NCBI RefSeq assembly: GCF_009914755.1
Contig: NC_060947.1
DNA: 64,000 bases
Strand: one strand, 5' to 3'
DNA from: the human T2T-CHM13v2.0 reference genome, Homo sapiens
A program made the position numbers and the translations under genes. Every line of letters begins with the position of its first letter. Positions within the stretch are counted from its first letter, which is position 1. Positions 45,575 through 59,570 of this stretch are shown here, in pieces. The notes under the pieces are model-generated. The model saw nothing but the letters and a program-made list of their open reading frames with translations, ran no database searches and was not told where the DNA came from.

Positions 45575-46412
45575 CTTGCAAATCAAACAACAAAAAGACA
45601 AGCAGCCCAGGCAAAAAAATGGGCAAAGGAGTTGAATAGAAATTTCTCCAAAAAAGATATAGAAATGGTCAATAAGCACATAAAAAGATGTTCAACTTAT
45701 TAATCATTAGGGAAATGCAAATCAAAACCAGAATGAGATACTGCTACACACCCATTAGCATGGCTATTATTTAAAACAACACACACAAAAACCTAAACCT
45801 TATACATTACTGGAGAGAATGTAAAACAGTACAGCTGCTATGTAAAATGGTATGCTAGCTCCTTGAAAAATTGAAAAATAGAATTATCATGTGATCTAAC
45901 AATTCCACTTCCAGGTACATACATGAAAGAATTGAAAATAGGGACTTGAACAGATATTTGTACACCCATGCCCATAGCAACATTGTTCACAATAGCCAAT
46001 GATGAATGGATAAACAAAATGTGGTATATACACACGATGAAATGTTATTCAGCCCTAAAATGGAAGGAAATTCTGACACATGCTGCTACATGGATGAACC
46101 TTCAGGATATTAAGCTAAGTGAAATAAGCCAGTCACAAAAAGACAAACACTGTATGATTCTACTTATATGAGGTACTTAGAGTAGCCAAATTCATACAGA
46201 CAGAAAGAAGAATGGGGGATTGGAGGGTCTATGGGGAGGGAGTAATGGGGCATTATTGTTTAATGTGTACAGAGTTTTAGTTGGGAAGACGAAAAATTTC
46301 TGGGGATGGATGGATTGTAGTGATGGTTGCACAACAGTGTGAATGTACTTAATGCCACCAAACAGTACAGTTAAAAATAGTTCAAATGGTAAATTTTATC
46401 ACAATTTTTAAA
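45575..46412 (+). mobile_element. L1MB (MB3/4-like) 3' end
   Basis: ORF 45968-46171 (EWINKMWYIHTM..TWMNLQDIKLSEISQSQKDK); UTR GATGGTTGCACAACAGTGTGAATGTACTTAATGCC. Confidence 0.88.
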
Positions 46413-46548
46413 ACTTTGAAAACATGTTCTGTGAGACCTTACAGCTTTGTTGATAATGAGAAGAAATCTTTTGCAATTTATGAGGCAGGACACCCTTCAT
46501 GAAATGGTTCCAATATGCCTTTTAGGATCAAAAATTTATGATTTAAAA

Positions 46549-46971
<423 letters not shown>

Positions 46972-48575
46972 TAGGACACAAAATATGTTTGAGTATGGAG
47001 AAAGGCCTACAGCTTTGAGGGCTGGATGGTACCTAGCTTCACCCATTGGGGTCAAAATTGTTGACCTGTGTTGCCAGTAGCTTCCATGATGGTTTACTAC
47101 AAGTACACATTGATATGTGGGGCCAGACAGAGGCAAGAGAGAAGAGTAAAAGGCAAGTGAAAGATCTAGTTTCCCATATGTGTGTCAGGTTTCCATAAAT
47201 GAGATGGTTTATGAAAGAGTCCCTAGACCTCAGGACCCATCACTTAGCTTGAAGTCCTCTCAGTCCAGAGCTGCACCAGTCTTTCAAATCAGCCAGTCCC
47301 ATCTTCCCTGGGCAAGGCCTGTGAACAGAAAATTAATTACATTCATGTCCCCAACAGATACATTGAAGGACTTCCACTCCACATTGTGAGAAAATGACAT
47401 ATTTTGATAACCCAATAAGTATAGCATGAGCCAATAAGTCACAGCAGAAGGAGCAATTTAGGAGATTGTTTTTAAACATGTGACTGAATTATTGAGAAAT
47501 GGATAATAAATTTATTTGCTAATGTAGACAGAAAGGGAAAAATCCACATTGCTTTTTCAGCCCATTACTGAACTAACTTCTGAGTTTCAAGACATCTTTT
47601 TCTTTTCTAAAAGGTGACCAGGAACATAGATTTCTGGGCCAGTCTAACAGGAGCCCAAAGCACCCTTGGCCTAGGCCCCAGATGGCCTCTCCTAAACACT
47701 TCACAGCCCTCATATACGGAAGCCCCATTGCAGCAATGATTAGCCAACAAGCAGAATGATAAGGCAAAATGAGGACATTTCCTCAAGACTTTTGGTTTTG
47801 GGGGCCTGCAAATGTGAGATACAGGCTTCAGAAGCAGCCTGAGGGCTCTGGGGCTTAAAGAAAAAGTTGGACAGTTAGCTCACCACTGACAAGCCCTACT
47901 CCCCTCTCCATCCTCATTTAACACTGGGCCTAGCTGGCTACTGCCTGCCTAAGGCGACAGGCAGTTAAGTTGTTTCTGAATGGAACTTGTTGTTTCCAGG
48001 AATCTGGTAGTAAATCCTTCTTTGAAGGAAAAAATACCCTATAATTCTGCACATCCGCACTGTGTCAGTTTTCTATTTTCTCTCTGTGTATTTTTAACTA
48101 TATAAGTACTATATGGATATACTCCTGTAATAACACAATTGGTACCTATAACGTAAAAAGACTTTCTTGACCACTGCCTTCTCATTCTATTCCCCTCCCC
48201 AGAGACAACCACTAAGATCAGTTTGCTCTATATCCCCCAATGCCTTTTCCTATTCTTGTTTCTTATTCTTGCTTCCATTCTTGTGTATGTATATATCTAA
48301 ATTTATGAAGTTGTTGGGTGGGATTTTTCTTTTATAGAAATAGTGTCAAGCTACATATAGCATATTTTCCACTTGCATTTTCTTCTTAACAATGTGTCTT
48401 AGAGATTTTTCATGTCAGTAGATACAGAGCTATTTTATTCTTTTTAAACAGATATGTGATATTCCCTAATAGGGCTGAACCCTTCTTATTCAGTTACCTT
48501 TGGTTGGGGAAGAGGTGGTGGATTAGGTCAATTTGAGGCAGCAAAGAGCATTCTTGTCATACCTTGTTGTGCATA

Positions 48576-48801
48576 CAGGTTGAGTATCCCTTAGCTGAAA
48601 TGCTTGGGACTAGAAGTGTTTTAGATTTCGGATTTTTTGTCAGTTTTTTGGAATATTTGCATTATTACCAGTTCAGCATCCCTAACCTGGAATCTGAAAC
48701 GCTCAATTAGCATTTCCTTTGAGCACCACGTTGGCACTCAAAAAGTTTCTGATTGTGGAGCATTTTGATTTCAAATTTTTGGACTAGGGATGCTCAACTT
48801 G
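48576..48801. mobile_element. Tigger4a (MER46A-type) DNA transposon
   Basis: TIRs CAGGTTGAGTATCCCT / AGGGATGCTCAACTTG with TA TSD on both sides. Confidence 0.9.
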
Positions 48802-49049
48802 TATTTTCAAACATTTCCCTAGGCTATATATGTAGAAGTAGAATCGATATAATGAAGAGAAAGCACATATGTTAGATTTTAATAGATATAGCCAAAGTAC
48901 ATTCCAAAAAGACTGTGCCAATTTATACTTCCCAACAGTAAACTAGAGTTTCCATTTCTCTTCACTCTTATTAACACTGGATATTCACCATCTTTTTCCA
49001 TTTTGCCAATCTGATGGGTAAAATAATCTCACCTTTTCAATTTGCTGGG

Positions 49050-49375
49050 TTTTGTTTGTTTGTTTGTTTTTGTTTGTTTCTTTGTTTTTTTGAGACAGAG
49101 TCTTGCACTATCACCCAGTCTGGAGTGCAGTGGCGCGATCTTGGCTGACTGCAACCTCCGTCTCCCAGGTTCAAGCGATTCTCATGCCTCAGCCACCCGA
49201 GTAGCTGAGATTACAGGTGTGCGCCACCATGCCTGGCTAATTTTTTTGCACTTTTAGTAGAGATGGGGTTTCACCATGTTGGCCAGGCTGGTCTCACACT
49301 CCTGACCTTAAGTGATCCACCCGCCTTGGCCTTCCAAATTGCTGGAATTACAGGCGTGAGACACCATGCCCAGCC
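49050..49375 (-). mobile_element. AluS (Sx/Sz-like) with (TTTG)n tail
   Basis: Two arms; TSD TCAATTTGC (49037-49045, 49376-49384). Confidence 0.95.
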
Positions 49376-49539
49376 TCAATTTGCAATTCCATGATTACTA
49401 CTGAAGTATATTTTCAAAAGCCTAGTGAGCTTTGAAGTGTCTAGTCTTAACTTGTCCACTTGCCCGTATACACAATAACATCTTTTCCTTTGTCAGGTTA
49501 ACCACTCAGGGGTTCAGTTTTGGTTTATTATCCTAAAAC

Positions 49540-50439
49540 ATATTTTATCCAATCCACCGTTGATGGGCACTGGGATTGATTCCATGTCTTTGCTATTGTG
49601 AACAGTGCTGTGATGAACATGAGAGTTCATGTATCTTTTTGGTAGAACAATTTGTTTTCTTTTGGATACATACCTAATAATGGGATTGCTGAGTTGAATG
49701 ATAGCTCTGTCTAAGTACTTTGAGAAACTGCAAAACTACTTTCCACAGTGGCTGGACAAATTTACACGCTTACCAACAGTGTGTAAGCATTCCCTTTTCT
49801 CCACAGCTTCGCCAACATCTGTTGTTTTTTGACTTTTTAATAAACACTATTCTGACTGGTGTGAGATGGTATCTCATTGTGGTTTTGATTTACATTTCTA
49901 CGATGATGAGTGGTGATAAGCATTTTTACATGTAGTTATTGGCTGCTTGTATGTCTTGTTTTGAGAAGCATCTCTTCACATCCTTTCCCCATTTTTCAAT
50001 GGGGTCATTTGGTTTTTGCTTGTTGATTTGTTTAAGTTCCATATAGATCCTGGATATTAGACCTTTGTTGGATGCATAGTTTGTGAATATATTCTCCAAT
50101 TATGTAGGTTGTCTGTTTACCCCATTGATAGCTTCTTTTGCTGTACATAAGCTCTTTACTTAAACTTGGTCCCACTTGTCAACTTTTGTTTTTGTGGCAA
50201 TTGCTTTTGAGGACTTAGTCATAAATTCTTTCCCATGGTCCATGTCCAGAATGGTGTTTCTGAGATTTTCTTCTAGAATTTTTAATAGTTTCAAATCTTA
50301 CATTTAAATCTTTAGCCCATCTCCAGTTAATTTTTGTAGATGGTGAAAAGTGGAGGTCCAATTTCATTCTTCTGCATATGGATAGCCAGCTATATATACC
50401 AACACCATTTATTGAACAGAAAGTTCTTTCCCCATTGCT
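49540..50439 (-). mobile_element. L1PB-like ORF2 3' fragment lacking the terminal UTR
   Basis: ORF 50215-50442 ([25 protein letters not shown]). Confidence 0.85.
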
Positions 50440-51210
50440 CAATAATATGCTTTTAAACAGACTTTGGGTTTCCTACGGGTGGTTAACATGCTTTACACTA
50501 CTTTCTAATTTTTCCCTACTAATTTCCCATTTTGGGCACAGTTGCCTTGACTAGAACTGAGGGACTTTGGGATACACTGTTCTGATTTTCCCTCTTTCAC
50601 CAGAATTTTGAACTTCATTTTTCTATGGCTGGCACACCAGTGTGACTTATCCACAACCACTCTCTGTATCCTTTCCTGTTTATGTCTCAAAGCCAAAGTC
50701 AGTTTATTTCCTTTTCCTGTGGTTTCTAAGACTACTTGTTTAAAGAAGCAATCATTCATAGCCTCCAGAAAATGCACCACTTCTCAGGGATATTATTCAA
50801 AATATTTAAGAACCATATGGCCAAGACACAGACCAGTATGACTGGATGTCTGAATAGGGCAAACACTGGTCTTAGCATCATGCTAACATCAACTGGCTAA
50901 ACACCACTCTTTCCTGCAATTGCTTCTCCATGACTTTGTCTGCCAAGCACTGTCTCTGCTATCAAATCAGCTTTGTCCCCAAAACTTTATTCATTAATTC
51001 AACACACATTTATCAAGAGGCTCCACAATTCCTTATATTAAGACATTGTGTTAGAGCAGGCCTTCTTGACCTCAGCACCACTGAAATTTGGAGCAGGATA
51101 ATTCCTGCCCCCTCGTTGGAGGGAGGGACATTCCTTTGCATTGCAGGATTTGTAGCAGCAACCCTGGCCTCTATCAGCATCATTATAATTAGTCATGATG
51201 AGCATTTTTT

Positions 51211-52996
51211 TAAGTTTTAATTTTTTATTGTTTTTTAATCCAATTTTTTTCAAATTTTTTTTATTTCCATAGGTTTTGGGGGAACAGGTGGTGTTTGGTT
51301 ACATGAGTAAGTTCGTTAGCAGTGATTTGTGAGATTTTGGTGCACCCATCACCCGAGTGGTATACACTGCACCCTGTTTGTAGTCTTTTATCCCTCACCC
51401 ACCTCCCACCCTTTCCCCCTGAGTCCCCAAAGTCCATTATGTCATTCTTATGCCTTTGCATCCTCATAGCTTAGTTCCCCCTTATGAGTGAGAACATAGA
51501 GTGTTGTTTGGTCTTCTATTCCTGAGTTACTTCACTTAGAATAATAGTCTCCAATCTCATCCAGGTCACTGCAGATGCCATAAATTCATTCCTTTTTATG
51601 GCTGAGTACTATTCCATCAAATATATATGTTTCTTTATCCACTCGTTGACTGATGGGCATTTGGGTTGGTTCCATGATTTTGCAATTGCGAATTGTGCTG
51701 CTATATACATGCGTGTGCAAGTATCTTTTTCATAAAATGACTTCTTTTCCTCTGGGTAGATACCCAGTAGTGGGATTGTTGAATCAAATGGTAGTTCTAC
51801 TCTTAATTCTTTAAGGAATCTCCACGCTGTTTTCCACAGTGGCTGTACTAGTTTACATTCTCACCAGCAGCGTAGAAGTGTTCTCTGTTCACTGCATCCA
51901 CGCCAAAATCTACTACTTTTTTATTTTTTTGATTACGGCCATTCTTGCAGGAGTAAGTTGGTATTGCATTGTGGTTTTGATTTGCATTTCCCTGATCATT
52001 AGTGATGTTGAGGAATTTTTTTTCATATGTTTGTTGACCATTGTATATCTTCTTTTGAAAATTGTCTATTCATGTCCTTAGCCCACTTTTTGATGGGATT
52101 GTTTTTTTTCTAGCTGATTTGTTTGAATTCATTGTAGATCCTAGATATTAGTCCTTTGTCAGATGTATAGATTATGAAGATTTTCTCCCACTCTGTGGGT
52201 TGTCTGTTTACTCTACTGACTGTTCCTTTTGCTGTGCAAAAGCTCTTAGATTATTTAAGTCCCAGCTACTTATCTTTGTTTTTAATGCATTTGCTTTTAG
52301 GTTCTTGGTCATGAAATCCTTGCCTAAGCCAATGTCTAAAAGGGTCTTTCCAATGTTATCTTCTAGAAGTTTTATAGTTATAGTTTCAGGTCTTAGATTT
52401 AAGTCCTTAATCCATCTTGAGTTGATTTTTGTATAAGGTTAGAGATGAGGATCCAGGTTCATTCTCCTAGAGGTGGCTAGCCAATTATCCCAGCACCACT
52501 TGTTAAAAAGAGCGTCATTTCCCCACTTTATGTTTTTGTTTGCTCTGTTGGCTGTAAGTAGTTGGGTTTATTTCTAGGTTCTCCATTCTGGTCCATTGGT
52601 CTATATGCCTATTTTTATACAGTATCATGTCATGCTGTTTTGGTGGCTATGTCCACATAGTATGGTTTGAAATCAGGTAACATGATGCCTCCATATTTGT
52701 TCTTTTTGCTTAGTCTTGCTTTGGCTATGTAGGCTCTTTTTTTGTTCCATATGAATTTTAGAATTGTTTTTTCTAATTCTGTGAAGAATGATGGTGGTAT
52801 TTTGATGGGAATTACATTGAATTTGTAGATTGCTTTTGGCAGTATGGTCATTTTCACAATATTGTTTCTACCCATCCGTGAGCATGGGATGTGTTTCCAT
52901 TTATTTGTGTCATCTATGATTTCTTTCAACAGTGTTTTGTAGTTGTCCTTGTAGAGGTCTTTCACCTCTTTGGTTAGGTATATGCCTAAGGTTTGT

Positions 52997-53027
<31 letters not shown>

Positions 53028-56000
53028 ATTGCAGCTATTGGCAAGGGGGTTGAGTTCTTGATTTGATTCTCAGCTTAGTCGCTGTTGGTGTACATGAGAG
53101 CTACTGATTTGTGTACATTAATTTTGTATCCAGAAACATTGTTGAATTCTTTTATCAGTTATAGGAGCTTTCTGGAGGAATCTTTAGGGTTTTCTAGGTA
53201 TACAATCATGTCATCAGCAAACAGCAACAGTTTGACTTCCTCTTTACCGATTTGGATGCCCTTTATTTCTTTCTCTTGTCTGATTGCTCTGACTAGGACT
53301 TTCAGTACTATGTTGAAGAGGAGTGGTGAGAGTGGGCATCCTTGTCTTGTTCCAGTTCTCAGAGGGAATGCCTTCAACTTTTCCCCACTCAGTGAGTTAG
53401 TCATATATGGCTTTTATTACACTGAGATAGGCCCCTTGTATGCCAATTTTGCTGAGAGTTTTAATCATAAAGGGATGCTGGATTTTGTTGAATACTTTTT
53501 CTGCATCTATTGAAATGATCATGTGATTTTTGTTTTTAATTCTGTTTATGTGGTTTATCTCATTTATTGACTTGTGTATGTTAAACCATCCCTGCATCCC
53601 TGGTATGAAACCCAATTGATCATGGTGGATTACCTTTTTAATATGTTGTTGGATTTGGTTAGCTAATATTTGTTAAGGATTTTAACATCTATGTTTGTCA
53701 AGGATATTGGTCTGTAGTTTTCTTTTTTATTGTGTGCTTTCCTGGTTTGGATATTAGGGTGATACTGGCTTCATAGAATGATTTAGAGAGGGTTCCCTTT
53801 TCCATTACCTTGTTGAATAGTGTCAATACGATTTGTACCTGTTGTTTGGATGTCTGCTAGAATTCTGTGGTGAATCTGCCTGGGTCCTGAACTTTTTTTT
53901 GTTGGTAGGTTTTTAATTACCATTTCAATCTTGCTGCTTGTTATTGGCCTGTTCAGGGTATCTAATTCTTCCTGATTTAAGCTAGGAGGGTTGTATCTTT
54001 CCAGGAATTTATCCAGCTCTTCTAGGTTTTCTAGTTTATGCACATAGGTGTTTCATGGTAGTCTTGAATGATCTTTTGCGTTTCTGTGGTGTCAGTTGTA
54101 ATATCTCCTGTTTCATTTCTTATTGAGCTTATTTGGATTTTCTCTCTTCTTTTCTTGGTTAATCTTGCCAGTGGTCTATCAATTTTATTTATCTTTTCAA
54201 AGAACCAGCTTTTTGTTTCATCTATCTTTTGTATTTTTTTTTTGTTTCAATTTCATTTAGTTCTGCTCTGATCTTGGTTATTTCCTTTCTTCTGCTGGGT
54301 TTGGGCGTGGTGTGTTCTTGTTTCTCTAGTTCCTTGAGGTGTGACCTTAGATTGTATGTTTGTGCTCTTTCAGACTTTATGATGTAGGTGTTTAGGGCTA
54401 TGAACTTTTTTCTTAGTACCACCTTTGCTGTATTCCAGAGGTTTTGATAGGTTGTGTCACAATTGTCATATAGTTCAAAGAATTTTTAAATTTCTATCAT
54501 GATTTCATTTTTGACCGTATGATCATTCAGGAGCAGGTTATTTAATTTCCATGTATTTGCATGGTTTTAAAGGTTTCTTTTGGAGTTGATTTCCAGTTTT
54601 ATTCCACTGTGGTCTGAGAGAGGGCTTGATATAATTTGTTTTTAATTTGTTGAGGCTCGTTTTTTGGCCTATCATATATCTATCTTGGAGAAAGTTCCAT
54701 GTGCTATTGAATAGAACATATATATTCTGTGGTTGTTTGATGGAATGTTCTGAATATATCTGTTCAGTCCATTTGTTCCAGGGTATAGTTTAAATCCATT
54801 GTTTCTTTGTTCACTTTTTGACTTGATGACCTGTCTAGTACTATCAGTGGAGTATTGAAGTCCCCCACTGTTATTGTGTTGCTGTCCATCTCATTTCTTA
54901 GGTCTATTAGTAATTGTTTTATACATTTGAGAGCTCCAGTGTTAAATGCATATATGTTTAGAATTGTGATATTTTCTTGTTAGACAAGACCTTTTATCAT
55001 TATATGATGTCCCTCTTTGTTTTTTTTAACTGCTGTTGCATTAAATTTTGTTTTGTGTGATATAAGAATAGCGACTCCTGCTCGCTTTTGATGTCCATTT
55101 GCATGAAATGTCTTTTCCCACCCCTTCACCTTAAGTTTATGTGAGTCCTTACGTGTTAGGTGAGTCTCTTGAAGGCAGCAGATATTTGGTTGGTGAATTC
55201 TTATCCATTCTGCAATTCTGTATCTTTTAAGTGGAGCATTTAGGCCATTTACCTTCAACATTAGTATTGAGATGTGAGGTACCATTGCATTCATCATGGT
55301 ATTTGTTGCCTGTGTACCTTGTTTTTTGTTGTTGTTGTTTTTTGTTTTTGCTTTTTAACTTGTATTTTTGTTTTATATACCCTGTGTGATTTATGCTTTA
55401 AAGAGGTTCTGTTTTGATGTATTTCCAGGATTTATTTCAAGATTTGGAGCTCCTTTTAGCAGTTCTTGTAGTGGTGGCTTGGTACTGGCGAATTTTCTCC
55501 ACATTTGTTTGTCTGAAAAAGACTATCTTTCCTTCATATATTACACTTAGTTTTGTTGATACAAAATTCTTGGCTGATAATTGTTTTGAGGAGGCTGAAG
55601 ATACGGCCCCAATCCCTTCTAGCTGGTAAGGTTTCTGCTGAGAAACCTGCTGTTAATCTGATAGGTTTTCCTTTATAGGTTACCTGGTGCTTTTGTCTCA
55701 CAGCTCTTAAGATTCTTTCCTTCATCTTAACTTTAGATAACCTGACGACAATGTGCCTAGGCAATGATCTTTTTGCAATGAATTTCCGAAGTGTTCTTTG
55801 TGCTTCTCATATTTGGATATCTAGGTCTCTAGTAAGGCCAGGGAAGTTTTTCTCGATTATTCCCAGAAATATGTTTTCCAAACTTTTAGATTTCTCTTCT
55901 CCTCAGGAATGCTGATTATTCTTAGGTTTGGTTGTTTAACATAATTCCAGACCTCTTGGCAGGTTTGTTGATATTTTCTTATTCTTTTTTCTTTGTCTTT

Positions 56001-57836
56001 ATTGGATTGGATTAGCTCAAAGACCTTGACTTTGAGCTCTGAATCCCTTTCTTCTACTTGTTTGATTCTATTGCTGACACTTTCCTGAGCATTTTGCATT
56101 TCTATAAGTGTGTCCATTGTTTTCTGAAGTTTTTATTGTTTTTTATTTATGCTATCTATTTCCTTGAATATTTCTCCTTTCAATTCTTGTATCCTTTTTT
56201 TTTTTTTTTAATTTCCTTACATTTGGCTTCACCTTTCTCTGGTGCCTCCCAGGTTAGCTTAATAACTCACTTCCTGAATTCTTTTTCAGGTAAGTCAGGG
56301 ATTCCTTCTTGGTTTGGATCCGTTGCTGGTAAGCTAGTGTGATTTTGGGGGGTTGTTAAATAACCTTGTTTTGTCATATTACCAGAGTTGGTTTTCTGGT
56401 TCCTTCTCATTTGGGTAGGCTCTGTCAGAGGGAAAGTCTAGCGCTGAAGGCTGTTGTTCAGATTCTTATGTCCCATGGGGTGTTCTCTTGACATAGTACT
56501 CTCCCCTTTTTCCTATGCACGTGGCTTCTTGAGAGCCAAGCTGTAGTGGTTGTTATCTTTCTTCTGGATCTACCCACCCAGCAAGTCTACCAGGCTCTGA
56601 GCTGGTACTTAAGGTTGTCTACACAGAGTCCTGTGATGTGCACCATCTGTGGTTCTCTAAGCCATGGATACCAGCACCTGTTCTGGTAGAGGTGTCAGGG
56701 GGGTGAAATGGATTCTGTGATGGTTCTTAGCTTTGATGGTTTAATGCACTATTTTTGTGCTAGTTGGCCTCCTGCTGGGAAGTGGGACTTTCCAGAGAGC
56801 ATCAGGTGTGGTAGTATGGGGAGGAACAGGTGGTGAGTGTGGCCCTAGAACTCCCAAGAATATATGTCCTTTGTCTTTAGTTACCAGGGTGGGTAGGAAA
56901 GGACTCTTGGGTCAGGGTAGAGCTAGGCATGTCTGAGCTCAGATTTTCCTTGGGCAGGTCTTATTGCAGCTGCTGTGGAAGATGGGGGTGAGATTCCCAG
57001 GTCAATGGAGTTATATTCCTAGGAGGATTATGGCTGTCTCTGCTGTGTCATGCAGGCTGTCAGGGAAGTGGGGGAAAGTCAGCAGTCAAAGGCATCACCC
57101 AGCTCCCACACAATCCAAAGGGCTGGTCTCACTCCCACTGTGACCCCGCAACAGCACCGAGTCTGTTTCCAGGCAGTGGGCGAGCAGGGCTGATAACTTG
57201 CCCCAGCATATCTGCCTCCCAGCTGTGAAAGCAAGTATGGCTTTCCTTCTTGCCCCACCTGTGGACTCTGCTCACTGGATTCATGCCCTTTCCCAAGTTC
57301 TGACCAGGAGATTTCTTGATCAGTTCAAATCATTACAAAATTCAGCTGGAGATACCCTTCTCCCTGTGGTCTTTTCCCAGTGCCTCTGGCCACCCTCCTG
57401 AAGGACCCCTGTGAGGCCGGGCAGAGATGGCTTGTTAGGGAACCCAGTGAGCTCACAGGGCTTTTTCCGCTGCTTCCTTTACCCCTGTATTTCACTCATT
57501 TCTCTAAGTTGACTCAGCTCCAGGTAAGATCAGAATCTTCGGTATTCTAGACCTTCAGTTTCCCCAGTGGGGGGTGTGTGTTCAGGGGCAGATGGTCTTT
57601 TTCCCACTTCCACAATTTGGGCACTCACAGTATTTGGGGTGTCTCTTGGGTCCTGCAGGAACAATCTGCTTTCTTCAGAGGGTCTGTGGGTCCTTTCAGG
57701 TTTCCTGATTTATTCCTGTAGTCATTCTGGAGCAAAAATTCATAATGCAAGCCTCCATATGCTGCTCTGTCTGTCAGAATCAGAGCTGCAATCTAGTTCT
57801 GTCTCCTGTCTGCCATAATCCTGAGCCTATTACTCG
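51211..57836 (-). mobile_element. Full-length decayed L1PB1-like element, ~6.6 kb
   Basis: L1PB1-type 3' end; ORF2 remnants (EN 54980-55297, RT 53159-53615), ORF1 remnants 55534-56117, 5'UTR; 14-bp TSD GATGAGCATTTTTT at 51197-51210 and 57837-57850. Confidence 0.95.
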
Positions 57837-57917
57837 GATGAGCATTTTTTCACATGGTTCCTGGCTGCTTGTATGTCTTCTTTTGAGAAGTGCCTATTCG
57901 TGTCCTTCATGTCCTTC

Positions 57918-58169
57918 ATGCATGTACATTTCCCCACTGAAGGAATTTAATAGCTCAGTATTATTTTATTTTCATCTCTATCTGATTCTAAATAGATACA
58001 GGCTCTTCATACTTTAGGCATTGATTAATATTTTGTGTATAAAGCAACTAGCCCAGGTCTAAGTGCTCTTCAAGGATTACGTCATTCATTTATCATAACA
58101 AGCCTCTGAGGTAGGGGCTGTTATAATCTCAGCTTTAAAGATGAGAGGACTGAGGTATGGAGAGGTTAA
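57918..58169 (+). repeat. ~250-bp direct duplicate of 58625-58871
   Basis: ATGCATGTACATTTCCC...GGAGAGGTTAA aligns colinearly in both copies; roughly 85-90% identical by eye. Confidence 0.95.
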
Positions 58170-58744
58170 TATTCATACCAATAGCATCCCTCCAAGTCAT
58201 GACATCATGATGACAACCAAAATGACTTCAGACATTGCCAAGTATCCCCCACAGGGGATGAGGTGGTGAGGGGGAAAGACAAAAATTCCTCCTGGTTGAG
58301 AGCCACCATATTAGATGCTAAGGCAATACAAGAGAAAAAGACAAGATCTCTGCCCTTGGTGAGATTACAGTCTCACTTAACATTTCATTTAATATACTGG
58401 TCAGGTAGCCTAATGTGTTTTTGTTGTTAGAGTTGTATAACTTAAGTATTCAATCTTCACCCAATGTCATATAGAAGCATCTTTACCTTAATAATCTTGG
58501 TCCTAAGAGTAAGAAATGCTGGTAATGAAAAAATGGGTCAATGTCTATAAGCTTCATAAATAGAAAAGAAATCACAATTGCAGCTTTTTAATGCAATGGC
58601 CGCGTGTTAAGGAAATGTGGATAAATGCATGTACATTTCCCTACTGACAGAATTTAATAGCTCAGAATCATTTTATTTTCATCTCTATCTGATTCTAAAT
58701 AGATACAAGCTCCTCATACTTTAGGTATTGATTAATATTTTGTG

Positions 58745-58925
58745 TATAAAGCAACTAGCCCAGTTCTAAGTGCTTTTCAAGAATTATTCATTCTTTATAA
58801 CAAGGCTGCGAGGTAGGGGCTGTTACAATCTCAGTTTTAAAGATGAGGAAACTGAGATGTGGAGAGGTTAAGTAAGTGGCCCAAGATCACACACCATTTA
58901 GTGGTGGACCCAGAGCCCAAATCCT
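58745..58925 (-). mobile_element. MIR
   Basis: TTTTAAAGATGAGGAAACTGAG..GAGAGGTTAAGTAAGTGGCCCAAGATCACAC. Confidence 0.85.
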
Positions 58926-59570
58926 CAATGGCTACACAGCACTGCTTCAATGAAGAGAAAGAATTATGAGGAAGAGGAAGGGAAATAAGTGATCAAGCTT
59001 GTCTCCTGCCTCTCCCAATTCAGTCAAATGTGGTCCCAGTGGCATGAGAAAGTTGTTCCCTGTTGGAAATGCCCCAAACCACTTTGGAACTTGATTCTGA
59101 CCCCTCAGCATCAGGTGCCACAGACCCAAGGTCAAGTGCCACTGGTGGGTCATAAAGTTGTGTTCCCAGAGGGGATATGAAGTCAGTAAGAACTAATAGC
59201 CTTGTTCAAGGTCAGAGATGCAAGAGAATAAAGTCCAAATTCTTTAACAGTATTGCACTATCCATTCACGGCCCTATGTGCCAAAGAAACAAAACCACTT
59301 GCTGAGGAAGAGGATGCTCAGGTTCAGAAGAGCAGGAAACCCAGAAGCCAGAATAATAAACTATTAGTGAGAAAATCCACCCAAGGTTAGTCTTTAGATA
59401 GAAGCTCTGAATGGTCCTCCACCAAAGAGAGGCATCTCCACTGAATAGTGAATACTTGTAGGTTTCTCTTCCTTATTCTTTTTGATTCTGCAATACAGAA
59501 TCTTTGATGACTTTATTTTCATTGCTTGCCAAATCCACAAAAGTTCACTATGCTAGGTAAGAAAAAAAAA

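Larger units (their letters stand above)
48090..49430 (-). mobile_element. Old L1ME 3' region, interrupted by Tigger4a and an Alu
   Basis: CCCTCCCCAGAGACAACCACT; TGTGCCAATTTATACTTCCCAACAG; TTTTGCCAATCTGATGGGT. Confidence 0.7.
51057..58307 (+). mobile_element. MER20 in two halves (51057-~51173 and ~58175-58307), itself nested in an L2
   Basis: Left: TTCTTGACCTCAGCACCACTGA..GGATAATTC..CCCTGGCCTCTA. Right: ATAGCATCCC..GACAACCAAAATGACTTCAGACATTGCCAA..GGTTGAGAGCCAC. L2 on both outer sides. Confidence 0.8.
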
